Shown: positions 26,596-38,383 of the stretch, piece after piece
How positions within the stretch are numbered: the first letter of the stretch is position 1
How the letters are laid out: each line of letters starts with the position of its first letter
Assembly: GCF_008831285.2 (NCBI RefSeq)
Contig: NC_045138.2
Span: forward strand, 17,050,001-17,114,000
Reading direction: 5' to 3'
From: Nymphaea colorata
Taxonomy: Eukaryota
Length of the DNA: 64,000 nucleotides
Notes under the pieces: model-generated
What the model saw: the letters and a program-made list of their open reading frames with translations, nothing else
Told to the model about the DNA's origin: nothing
Database searches by the model: none
Made by a program: the position numbers and the translations under genes

Positions 26596-27431
26596 ATGGC
26601 CCAAGCAGTCGGGATACCAGAGTTGAAAGCAAGCGGTGCAGAGACAGGGATGAGAAGTAGGCAATTGAAGAGGAGACTGGACGGGCAACCTTCCAAGAAT
26701 CTCATGGCTGACAGGAGAAGAAGTCGGTTGAATGACAGGCTCTCCATGCTTAGATCTGTTGTTCCAAGAATGAGCGAGGTTGAGAAAAGATCATTAAGCT
26801 TCATCTGTTTGGCTTTCCTTCTTTTCTCTAGATTTTATGAAACTTTATTTGGGATTCCGTTAGATGGACGGGACTTATATCCTTGGAGGCACTACTAATT
26901 ATACCAAGGAACTCCTCGCCAGATTCAAATCCCTCCAAGAAGAAGTACATCTATCTGAGGAAAGCAGCGATCATCTAAATCTTCAGAACTTTCTCAAGCA
27001 GCTAGAACGGGATCAGGCTCTGGTGAGGAACACGCCCAGGGTGTGGTTTTATGAAAATGCAGTTTGACATAGAAAAACAAGGTACAGATACAAGGATAGA
27101 TGTCTGCTGTGCAGAAAAGCCAGGATTATTGCTGTCAACGATCAGCACCATAGACGCGGTTGGGTCAGCGGCGTGTGATAAGCTGCTTCAATGATTTTGG
27201 AATGCAAGCTTCTTGCAGAGAGGTTAGTTCTTTTGACCATCGTAGGTATGTCTCTTATTTATTTTTAACTCCGTGTTGGTCAGGGAGATTATATGAGTGG
27301 ATTTGGATGATCAAAATTTTCCTTTCTTTCCTTTTCTCTACCTGTTGAATGAGCAGAGGACACGGTTAAGGTCTGAAGATATCAAGCAAGCACTATTGAG
27401 AAATGCAGGCTATGGAGGAAGGTGTAACTGA
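26596..27431 (+). pseudogene. bHLH93/bHLH61-like (subgroup IIIb) pseudogene
   Basis: Exon relics to 26778, 26864-27040, 27063-27222 and ~27357-27431: GQPSKNLMADRRRSRLNDRLSMLRSVVP, DTRIDVCCAEKPGLLLST, VISCFNDFGMQASC, SEDIKQALLRNAGYGGRC*. Lesions: altered and shortened basic region, intron 2 reduced to 22 nt, frameshift near 27165. The 5' end is uncertain. Confidence 0.85.
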
Positions 27432-28195
27432 AGAAGAACTGCAGAAAGCGCCTTTTGTTGCCCTCTTTTTCCCTCGATGTGATGACCATAATAAGCACTA
27501 ATTGTGAAGTAAAAGCTCAAAATCCTATTTTTGATGACTGAGGAGACTGATTATCTTTGAACTAGCAAGCGTTTATAATATAATGCATTGTAACTTTCTG
27601 TGTATAAAGTACAAACAACTTTTCAAGTAGGCTGCCATGGACTGCGTACATACTACATGCCTTCACAAGGCAAATAAAATGTGGGTACCTCTTCCTCCAG
27701 TTGAGGATTCTCCCTATTTGGTGGAGAGGTAAACATCTATTAAACGAAAGGCCGATGTGCTTGCAGAATTTCTATCGATAATGCTTCTTTTTGGAACCAT
27801 TGCACAAGTACATTCCGGTAACCTACCACGAAGATGCAACTCGAACAAATGCAGATATATAAGAAAAGAAAATGCAAATTTTTAGGTGTCAATTCAACGA
27901 GAGAAGAACCCATTTGATTATTTAACAAGACACGATGTCGTATAACATTTTTTTCCATCATGAACACAGGAGAGAGAGAAAGAGACTCGCTCTCAGCATC
28001 ATATGAGGTCGCCAAGATCAGCTTCCGATATGGTGGGCCTTCTTGCGTTGAAACTGCAGAACATCCCTTTCATTAGAAACCAGGACCAGGCTGCTGTAGG
28101 TAACCATCTCAGATGCTGGTATAAAAGGAGTTGGCCATGGCCATAGTCTAATTGACACCGCTACCCAACAGGAAACCCGAGTGTGCTCCAGTAAT

Positions 28196-31100
28196 TTAAC
28201 AAGTCCCAAGGTCACTCTCGCAGTCGTCATTATCATTGTCATCATCATTAAAACCATCATATTCTGAAAATGTTTCTATTTCATGTGACTCCTGTTGGAT
28301 TTGCTTAAGAGCATCTCTTGCATCGGAAACTAGAGCCAACCTTGCATACTTGAGAGTCTCTGTTTTATCCAGTGTTCGACCTTTCGTTTCAGCAGGTACT
28401 GAATCTGTTCTCTTCACTGCTGCCTTTCTGCTCCGTGTTTGCTCCCTGATATGAAGTCGGTCAATGTACTTCTCGTGTAAGTCCAAATTCTTAACTTTCT
28501 TCAAAATCTCTGGGCTTACAAGTGCTTGTTGATGGAAAGGAGTAACAGTATTTGGCATTTTATTTCTACTCCCTGATGGCTCTGATTCGCCATTCATCTC
28601 AAGACAAGATTTCAACTTATTATTTTTTATAGTAAGTTTTCTCATCTGGGAGGGATCCTTATCTGTGGAGCAGGATCCTTCAAAGGCGGAAAAAAGACCA
28701 GCCGCACGTCCCTGATCAGCAAGAACTTGCTTTCTTAGTATATGCCTAACAGCCCTACGAGCAAGGAGGCTTTTCCTTTTGCCACTAATTCGCCCTCTAA
28801 GACTAAACTGTTCAAGGGGAACATTTCCTGCAAGACTGATCTGTCCCAAGGGAGAAACTTTTCTTTTTGTCCTAGAACGAGGTTGCTGCGTTGGTGGTGT
28901 TGGTATGATGGAATGGATACGATCAAAGCATTCTTTTGCTGATTTTCCGGGGACCTGCTTGAAATGTTTGCTGATTCATCAATCTTCGCGTTGAAAAATT
29001 AAGGAGAAATGTATATGATAAATGGAACCGTGAAGCCCCATCTGACAAACCAGTAGAACTTATATCATAACAATAACAATGTAGGAAAGGAATATTGAAC
29101 TTATAAGAAAAGAAAGAAGCATTACTGAAATAGTTAAATAGGCATTACGAAAAATTTGTATGCCAAAGCACCGGACCTCAAGCTCCAATGTTCAAGAAAC
29201 TGTTGATGCATAGGGTGAAGTTCAACAGGCCCAAATTAGGCATCAGCAGTTTCTTCAACATTGGACTTTGGCCTTAAGATGATACACGCATAAGAAGAAC
29301 AAAGAAGGCATGGGCCAAAATCTGAACTCAATAGAATGTGTAAATCCTAGTGATGCTGACAGAGAGAACACTGGCATATTAAATAGAATGAGGTTGTTAA
29401 TCTTTTCCAAGTTGCCTAAAATATGCGGGTTAAAAGCCTTCAACAGCTTGTCAGGAACATATCGCAAAGTGAACCTATTTGAATGCAGTGGGTCACCTTT
29501 GTCACAGAAAACACACTTGAGTGTGAAGCCTATTTGGGATTCAGTCCCTCTGGAATCAGATTTTCTACAGCGAAATACTGGTCAACAAATAGAAATATGG
29601 GGGAAGACTTGACATGTGCAAATACCTGCTTCCTTAATGAACCAAATCTGTGAAGTAGGTGCAGTTTTCTGAAGGAGCTTTTCGCCATTCTTTAGAGCAA
29701 CGATCCACAAGAATTTATGCTGGGTCATTTCTGATGCAACTTTGTGTTGGTAAATTTCAATTGCCAACTTGTGTTAAGTGCATCAGATTATATTGCTTCA
29801 ACAAATTACTACCGTCAAATTTCTGCGTCAAGATTATTTAGATGAAGCTCTCCCTCGAATCGTTAAGCAATCATAACGATTAACGAGTGTTGAAAGGCCT
29901 GCTCTTATGTGAAGTTTTGAAATTTCATCTACTTCCTAGCCGAACATATTTAATTATTGGCATCAGAAGGCTTAAGGCATGCATCCATATGCCTTCGATG
30001 AATGCCATATCTGCTCTAAATATTCTCATTCTTCTAGGAGATTCAAAATTTCAAATACAATTTCTAATACTCAAGAATCACACACTCAATAAGGATACGC
30101 CACTAAGACCAACTATTTTGGGAGATTAAAATGGAAAGAACTGGATAGGTCATCAATTTCAAAAGGATTTTCTGGAAGAGCCGATACAAAGGGATGCACT
30201 TCGAGGAAACACCTAAGACATATCGAAGAAAGGAATACCACATTCTATTTGTGATAAGCTTAGGTTCCACAACCAAAGTAGGCCCCATTCAACACATAAA
30301 GAAGAGTGCATATAAGGCTCAAAACTGAAAAAATGACCAGAACATCTTCTGAACAAGGACTTATGTCTAAATGAATCTCCTCAGCTAAGAACTTAAGAAG
30401 AAAACACACCACCAGTTTGAAGGAAGCTTTTCTGGTCTGCTTTTATTTCATCAGCTTTGTTTTCATAAGTTGTTTAATCTTACATATTTTAGTATAGAAA
30501 GGACATTTGATATTTTTGCCTTTATTTCACAAATTTGAATCCAGCTTGAATCCAATTTAAATGAAAAACTCCATCAGGCACCACCTAGACTAGCAAGGCA
30601 CAACCTTAACACCTAGAACTGCTTAGATGGCAAATCGGCCACTTACAATGTTTGAGATTTCTACAATATTTCTGCACCTCATTTAGGTAGTTATAGATGA
30701 ATTGCAAACACTGGTGCAGAGCATTCTCAAATAGCTTTTGCATGGGGTGTTCCGCTACATACACACATGTGCATGCGTGTGAATCCTATTATCTACAAAT
30801 ATGCAATATGCACTCTATGACATTTGGATGCAGTATTCACAATTTAAGCCATTTAGACGGATCTTGCAATTCCAAAATCCTAGGAGTCAAAATATCAAAT
30901 ACAATTTTCTGATGTATAGGAGAGATTTTTATGCCAACAAAGTCCTGCATATCAATTTTTAAATGCCTATATAAAAAGGTCTAGTACAATATATATATTA
31001 GTGAAAACTAGAATGGAATGATAATCAACAAAGGTAAAATGAAAAAGCAGGTAAACGAAGTCACACAGTCAGAAAGCATCTGCTCTCCTTCAAGGCCTCT

Positions 31101-34100
31101 TTTCTATGCCAAGTGAAACCTAATTGTCAGTCATTTTTAAATCTCGCAACTAGTGTAATGAGTAACACCATTCAATAGAGAATAGTTTAATTGTTACAAA
31201 ATTAAGAGAAATTTTTAGCTGCTAAGCTGAGACTTCAGTCACACAACCCACATTGACAGGACTCAGTTTTCACGTACCAGGACACTTCAAGGACATATCA
31301 AACAAATGTTGCCTTTTTTTCTGTTTTTTTATAATGACTGCACATGCACACAGGTGCATATATATATATATATATACACATACACACCCAGACACATGCA
31401 TGCATGCATTATGCATATATGTAACGCATGATTCTATCAATGATTCAATAAGGAAGAAAACTTGCCCAGTTGCAAGCTCGAAGGGGCTGATGCCTCATCC
31501 TCTTTGGAGGTTTTAGCAGGGCCACATCCAAGAGATGCACCCAGTCCCTTTTGTTGGTGCTTACAAAGTGCCTTAGGTCCTCCTCAAGGAGAGCATTGGC
31601 GTGCTTCGTCTGTCTCCGTGGAAGCTAGTGGAGAACTGTAGTTCTGAATTTAGTAGTTTGTCCAGAGTCACCGGTGAACCATGTATCTCTTTCACTTACG
31701 AGACTCTATGGGATACCCCAATACTTCACCACACACTTCATGAAGAGTTTGGCCAGTTATTCGGTGGTGCAGTTGGTGGATGCCATCATGAAGGTGGCAT
31801 ACTTATATTAGAGAAACGAACTACAACCACCATGATGGACCCAAGGCCGGAGAACTTGGGTAAGGCCGATCTTCCATCCACAGATATGCTTGCCCATGGC
31901 CTTTCTGGGACAGGTAGTGGCTTCACCTCCTTCCTTCTGGTGTTCCACCTTGTCTTGTTGGCAGACAAATTGTATGTTTCAAAATCAGTGTTACTTAGAT
32001 GATCGCTTAATTTTTGCACTCTTTAGTTCTTTATCTTTTTTAATTTGCCACCAATTGTATTCTATTTTGTACTCTCATGAGCAACGGAGAGGTGTCATTG
32101 TATAGTGTACTTATGTGTAAGTATGTGTAGTCTCTCTCGAGTGGTTCTTTCAGCTACTATTCTGTTTTGGCAGTTGGCTCTCCAGAGTTCTCAAGGTAAC
32201 ATAGCCTAACTGTGAAGTAAGAGGAGAAACTTGCTTTGTCACAGAAATAGATGTAAACGCCACTCCACGAAGAACAAAGCTTTCTTTTCGAAAGTGTGGT
32301 TCTTAATAAGCATTCTTCCCCAACCTGCAAGTGCTTTACATAACCTTGAATTGTAGACCCTAAATCATTATATCCATATTAAATAAGATGCTATTCTTTA
32401 TGTAGTTTGCCAAATTAGGTGCCTTTAGAATTTAATTTTCGTTTTATTAGATTTGCAGTTACGTAACTTTATTTTCATAATATTAGGATTTCCCTGATCT
32501 GTAAACATATGAGATACGCAGGATTCATCCCCTGATTTTTAGTTTTGAATGATATTAAATTATAATCTTAGTCACTCCAGTACGAATAGGTTTTAAATGG
32601 TCCTCCTAATTCCATCAAAACTGTAATATATAAAAACATGATTTGCCTTGATGCTGGTCATCACATTATAGGTTAAAGTTGGCACAAAGGCAAAGCAAGG
32701 AAAACAAAATAAATCAAGAAGTATCCCACAAGCATCCTCTAGACTCAGTACAAAAATAAACAGCATTTCCCAGAAAGAAACATCATAGAAAGCATATAAA
32801 ATGAAAGATGGGGGCAGCAAATTATGAAAGCCAGTTCAGCTGTTAAAAAGAAGACGAAGGAGCAAATGTTCAAGCAGCAACGAAGGGGGACAAGAAACAG
32901 AATAAACGAGAATCACTAGCTTCCCATTAGAAGGCGATATTAAAATAGAAACTCACCAACTTAGCAATCTCCCTCCAAAAATGTGGCGAAGGCCTGGTCA
33001 TCAAGTAAGCTCTTTCAAGTGCATTTTCTTGATCCTGTGACCAGCCAAGAAAGCCAGAACTTCCCAACAGAGTCCCAGATTTCCTTTTAAGAGGGTCGTC
33101 ATGGTAGCCGTGTTTAACTTCTGATTCCACACAGGCTTTTTTTTTGTGACTTCCGTTCTCTTCCCTGAACCTCTTGTTCTCTCGTCCCTCATCCTTCAGA
33201 AGATCAGAAGAAACGTTCCTTTTCCTGCCTGATCTTCCTCCGCTACGCATGAACTTCTCCGAAACAATATCTGTGTTCTCCGTGCGCTCTCCCGCCGCAG
33301 TTTGCCCGTTGGAATTCTTTGTCTCATTGTTCTCATTCATCTTTTTCACATTTGCCGTCACCCCTTCTGCTTCTTTATTAGCAAAAGATTGTATACGGCT
33401 ACCCGTTGCTTCCCTTGTCCGTTTCTTCACATCTTCTCTCACATTCGCGCGCATCACCATGACATTTCCTTCATTTTCCTTCCTATCTTCGTCGGAAATA
33501 GCATCAACGAATATCGGGGACCTTATCTTTGGCGTACTACCAGAAGTTCGGCAATTGGGTCTCTGAATTCCATCCAGTGAAGCAAACTTAGGAGCTTTCC
33601 TGCGAGCATTTTGAACTATTCCGTCGCAAATACCCTTAGCCACTTTCTTCCTCTCCTCCTTCTCCTTCCCCACGTTCTGCACTAATCCACAACCATGGAC
33701 AACATTCCGCTCGTTCTCCTTCTTTTCTTCATCAGAAGCACCATGGATGAATCTCGGGGACCTTCTTTTTTGCGTACTGTCATAAATTTCACTATTAGAT
33801 CGCCGACTTTCATTGTGTGGAACGGACGAAGGGGATTTCTTATGGGCAGGTTGACTCGTTCCATTGCGATTAACCTTCGCCTTCCTCTTCCTCACCCTCC
33901 CTTCCTTCAGCTTCACCACATTCGGATGCACCAACCGATCACCATGGACTGTGTACCCCTCGTTCTCCTTGTTTTCTTCCCGAGAAACAGCAGCAATTAA
34001 CCTGGGAGACCTTCTGATTTGAATCTTGTCAAGCAATCCGCAATTGGCCGTCGGAGTTTCGAATCTCGGAGATCTTCTGAGGCCCTTATTCACCAGTTTC

Positions 34101-34384
34101 TCGGCATCGGCTGTGTACCCAAGGTTGGCGTTCCTTTCGTGGAGTGCCTTCACAGATCGAGAGGGCCGTCTTCGGTTGGAACCTCCGGAGACTTCCGCTA
34201 CCGTCGAGGATTCAACTCCTTCACCATTAAAGCTACCAACTGAATGCGGCCCGCTCCCCATCCGAGCGGATCTCCACCGGGCGCAGTACTGAGAAACCAC
34301 TTCCGTCCCTCTTCTTATCGTCTCCGCCATGGTTACGGCGACGACGTTGAGACGACCACCACAGCGGTAGAGAAATGGTGCCAT
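28196..34384 (-). CDS. SANT/Myb-like domain protein with long basic, repetitive N-terminus (candidate Mis18BP1 C-terminal-like, see findings), 2 exons
   Basis: Exon 1 34384 (or ATG 34330)-32957, exon 2 28954-28196. The phase-0 GT-AG intron joins GWSQDQENALERAYLMTRPSPHFWREIAKL|VPGKSAKECFDRIH into a complete SANT domain; acidic C-terminal tail. Confidence 0.85.
29450..30300 (-). mobile_element. Possible highly degenerate LINE (L1-like, zf-RVT region) remnant in intron
   Basis: Broken frames with HKFLWIVALK and KCVFCDKGD, resembling the K.FLW...C.FC pattern of plant L1 3' ends; many stops. Confidence 0.33.
31490..31960 (-). mobile_element. Ty3/gypsy LTR-retrotransposon integrase fragment (decayed) in intron
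   Basis: PLPVPERPWASISVD...LPKFSGLGSIMVVVVRFS, then in other frames TAKLFMKSVVKYWGIP*SLVSERD and ALLEEDLRHFVSTNKRDWVHLLDVA: an integrase core with frameshifts and stops. No LTRs seen. Confidence 0.85.
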
Positions 34385-34830
34385 TTTGAAATCGACGACG
34401 CGCGCCTCTGGCGATTCGTCTCGTTTGCGAGACTCGTATCGCTTTTGTCTGACCCATCTAACGACGAACCAGAACCGATTCTCGAGGATAATAAGCCTCA
34501 ACACAGATCGACCGTTGTTCTTGGATTTGGATCATTGAAGAACGGCCCCTTCTTTTTCCAAGGAAGTCTTAATAGAACCATCCGATGTAAACGGCATACA
34601 TTTTTTCATAGATCTTTTACTCTATCTGGTGGTGCCGGAAGAAGTCAAGATCTTGATCTTGTTGAGATCCAGACTCACTTTTGGAAAGACCATTTGAGAA
34701 GACTTTACATCCGACAATGGACTCATCTGCATGGATGCAGATTTAAGAAATGAGTATGATCAGATTTCAATTTAGATCTAATTAAATATCTAATCAGATT
34801 CAGATTTGATCGAATTTAATTTCACAATGT

Positions 34831-35023
34831 CATAGGCGGAGCAAGGATTTTTTCTAGGGTCGGGCCAAGACGACTTGCGGGCCGGGCCAGGGTCGAGTCA
34901 AGAGGAGCGACTAGGAGCGACCGGTCGGGCCAAACTAAAAAAAATTGATTTATTCAATATAAAAAAAAAAATTCTTGGGCTCACCCGGGCCATGGCCCGA
35001 GCTGCCCCCTCCCTCCGCCCCTA
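34831..35023. mobile_element. Short GC-rich MITE-like element
   Basis: Ends CATAGGCGGAG / CTCCGCCCCTA form an imperfect TIR, with internal GGGCC/GGCCC motifs; TSD not convincing. Confidence 0.55.
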
Positions 35024-36644
35024 CTCAGAGGTCAAGTTCTTTGAACGTAGACATCATGGATGTAAGAATTATTTTTTGATCTATGTTCTATATGAGGTAG
35101 TAGAGTAGGCTCAAAGCTAAGAACATTGTGAGAGAAGGACACAAATTTCCCACTACCTTTTGTCTAGGAAAGGAAGATCTACTTTAACTTTTGTGTCCGT
35201 TTGAGTGGGTTAGAGATGCACATGAGCAACACAATTATGAGAAGCACTACTTGTGCAGGACACCTCTTTCTCCATGTTGGTACACTCACAAGGACAAAAG
35301 GATCACAAGTCAACTGATTAGTGTGCCAGTGATGCTGCTCTATGTGGCTTTTTTTTGGACTATCTTTTTTGACATTCTGGATTACTATATTTTAAAAAAT
35401 GTTAGTATTGCTGGTAGATGTTGATTGGTGCTTGAATGACAACCAATATGAAATTTATAAAGCCCATAGTGAATCGCGGTTGTCACACACATTCACTTAA
35501 ATCTTTTGCCGTAGATAACTTTCATACACCAATAACCATATTTACAACAATGTTTTGTTTAGAGAACTTAAAATAGAGGTTTCCATGTGCACGATTTAAA
35601 GCAATCATATGTATAAAGGTGGGCAACAGGCCAGGCTTGGGCTAGTTATTTGGCCCGGCTCGATCAAAAAAAGCTGCCGGGCTGGGTTGGCCCGAGTCGG
35701 GTTCAACTTAACCGATTGCTAGTGTCATATGCTGAGGAATATATACAACATGTGACATTAGCAATCACCTCACATAAAAACTTTTGGTGCATTCCTGATG
35801 ATTCTTTAGAAACTTTTGATGTGTCGCTGATGATACTCTTAGAAACTCTTCATATATTATCGATGGTACCCTTATAAACTCTTGGCATGCCCTTAATGGT
35901 TTCTAAAACATTAAAATATACAATATTAAGGATTTGAAATATAGGTGGATATCAAACCGGATAGCCACTGGGTATAAATTTGACGGTCGGGCACGGTTCG
36001 ATAACCAAGCAGGTTGGGCTTGAACTGCCAACAACGACTTCATGTCAGCTGAAACCCAACTTTGTGGAGCCTTGGGCCGGGCCGGCCTAATGCATTTGGA
36101 CATGGAAATTATCCAAACTTCTCACAAAAATTGTGATGATTATTTAAGAAAGCCAACAATGGTAGTCCATTTTTTAAAATTACGGGGCAAAGGGTAGCTT
36201 GGAAGATGAATATTTTGCTTGCAATTAACGAGTTAAGGGCCAAAAAGCTGCACGGCAAGTGAAAAAAGAAGCAAGTGTTCGGCGGCATCAACAGGCCGAC
36301 AACACACACTATGTGCGACTACGGTCTTTGTCTCCTTTGAGTGCAAATCTATCACTAGCAAAGTATCTTTATTTCAATATTGTTGTTTTCTAAATATTTA
36401 ATTATTTATATATATATAAAGTTTTGGATTAGTGCCTTTTCATTAAAAATGTTTTTCTCCGCCACTGCTTAAAACATATTTAGTGGAGAAAGTAATGGAT
36501 AAAAGTAGCTTGAAAAGGCTTATCAAGCGCAAAGTTGGTCATACGTTCAATCCTGAACACTGGATATGTTCTATTGGTTGCATGACAGGGTGACGAACAT
36601 ACAACGGCTATTGGACCTTGAACACCACTAGCAGAACACTCGTT

Positions 36645-36800
36645 CACGTGCATCCCATGTTAGGGGCTGAACATATAAACCGCTGCCCTTAAACAGGGTT
36701 TAATCTTCTTCTCTTTTTAAGATCAAGCATATTTAAATCATCTTAAACCCCAAACACGTGCACCCCATGTTAGGGGCCGAACATATAAACCGCTGCCCTT
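36645..36800. repeat. Two 46-bp direct repeats, 110 bp apart, each starting with CACGTG
   Basis: CACGTGCA(T/C)CCCATGTTAGGGGC(T/C)GAACATATAAACCGCTGCCCTT at 36645 and 36755. Confidence 0.92.
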
Positions 36801-37869
36801 CTAAGGAGTTGGGTAATGAAAACCTGTCAAGTACAAAGATGTGAAGCAATTTAAGTAATAATCTCCCCTACAGCCTGATTATAAGAATATTAGGAGTGAA
36901 GCCATCTCCGGTTTGAGATAAAAATGTTTATCTCAAATCTAAGCACAAATAGATGTAAAAGAATAGTTTCCATGATTCTAAGCTTAGCTTCTTTGTATCT
37001 GTCGGTATTGAAACAAGGGACTTGCTTTGCTCTTAGTTCGACCAGTTACTCTGTGTCCCTTAAAGCCAAACGATTTTGTTTAAGGAAATTAAGAGGTTGC
37101 TTGATTAGTTTCACGGGACAGGACGGACAGAATGTACGCCTTCTCTACAAATGAAATTATTGTAGTTACCAGGGACGTACAGATCTCAGAGAAACTGTCC
37201 AGTGTAACTTTGTCTTTCAGCTTGTTTCTTCTGTCAGTAGGTGAGCGAGAGCAGTAAGTTCTGTCACGAACTTGGACATCACGATCATGGAGTTTGGTGA
37301 TTTTCCACTAGCAGGGGAGGGAGTGGAAACTGATGATCCTAGCAAGCCCACAAATTGATACGATGCTTTTTGGTTTTCGTCCAGACTCTCTGCCAGATTC
37401 TTACGTACTAATGCTTTGTTCTCATCCTGAAAGTCAATTAAATTAGAGCTTTCAATTAATGAAAGAGAAATACTGTCTTATTTTAGTTACATATCAAATT
37501 GACATTAAGAACAAAGCGTTCCTACAATTATGCAATTTACTATGTTCAAACTTACCTAAAGCGAATCGCGGAACTAAAGAAGAACTCCAACATTCGTCAC
37601 AAGATCAATGTTTTTAAAGAAGGGGCGAAAATTTTTAAGATGGTCCTCAGTTGTTCATCATAATAATCAACGGCTTGCAACCATGGCCTACCGATTAGAA
37701 CTCCCCACCAATGAACATACAGACAATTAGAAGGGGCAAGGCATAAAAAGGAGAACCAAATGATTTACAGATTAGTTCTTCCTATCTTCTCAAACAACAG
37801 ACTAGAGCCCTCAACATTTATGTGTGTGACAGTGAGAGGAAGAGAGTGCGCCGTTGCCGGAATCTGCAG

Positions 37870-38383
37870 CTAGACAGGCAGCGTCTTCGTCGCCACCTCC
37901 GTCGACTTGACGCTGGCGGTGGTGAGCCTCTCGGACGGCCACGCCACGAACTTCGGGAACTCATCTCCCGGCATCAAAACCGACAGAGTGACGCTCTCTT
38001 GCTTCTTGAAGGACTCAACGACGAGAAAGGAAAAAAGAAGGAAAACAAAAAAGAGAAAAAAAAATCACTCTCCCTGAGAGAACTAATTAACTTCCTAAAA
38101 ATATAGATAGGAGTAAAGGACCAACCTGATGAAAGGGCGTGCTCTTGGTGGTGGCGGTGGCGGCAGCGTCTTGGGGTTCGGCAGCAGGCTCGGCGGAGGC
38201 ACTGTTGGAGTCAGAGGAGCGGCGGAGCGACCGGATCTTCTCATAGTGGTAGCAGCACGAGACGATGCCGCTGATGCAGAAGATGACGAGCACAAGGAGG
38301 GCGGTGCCCAGCGGGAACCCCACTATGGGGCGGGTCGAACCATCGGCCGGCTGGAGATCGGTGGAGGCGGAAAGGTTGCTCAT
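37870..38383 (-). CDS. Small single-pass membrane protein, At5g65660-like family, 2 exons
   Basis: Exon 1 38383-38126 (RPIVGFPLGTALLVLVIFCISGIVSCCYHYEKIRSLR); exon 2 ~38013-37870 (acceptor uncertain) with the family motif VLMPGDEFPKFVAWP; TAG at 37872-37870. Confidence 0.88.

Noticed and set aside
33205..33260. RSGGRSGRKR upstream of the SANT as a possible CENPC-k motif
   Set aside because: Lacks the downstream P-L-x-aromatic-W residues that define the CENP-C/CENPC-k motif.
34244..34753. 169-aa plus-strand ORF overlapping the start of the SANT gene
   Set aside because: Antisense shadow of a GC-rich first exon and leader; no independent coding signal.
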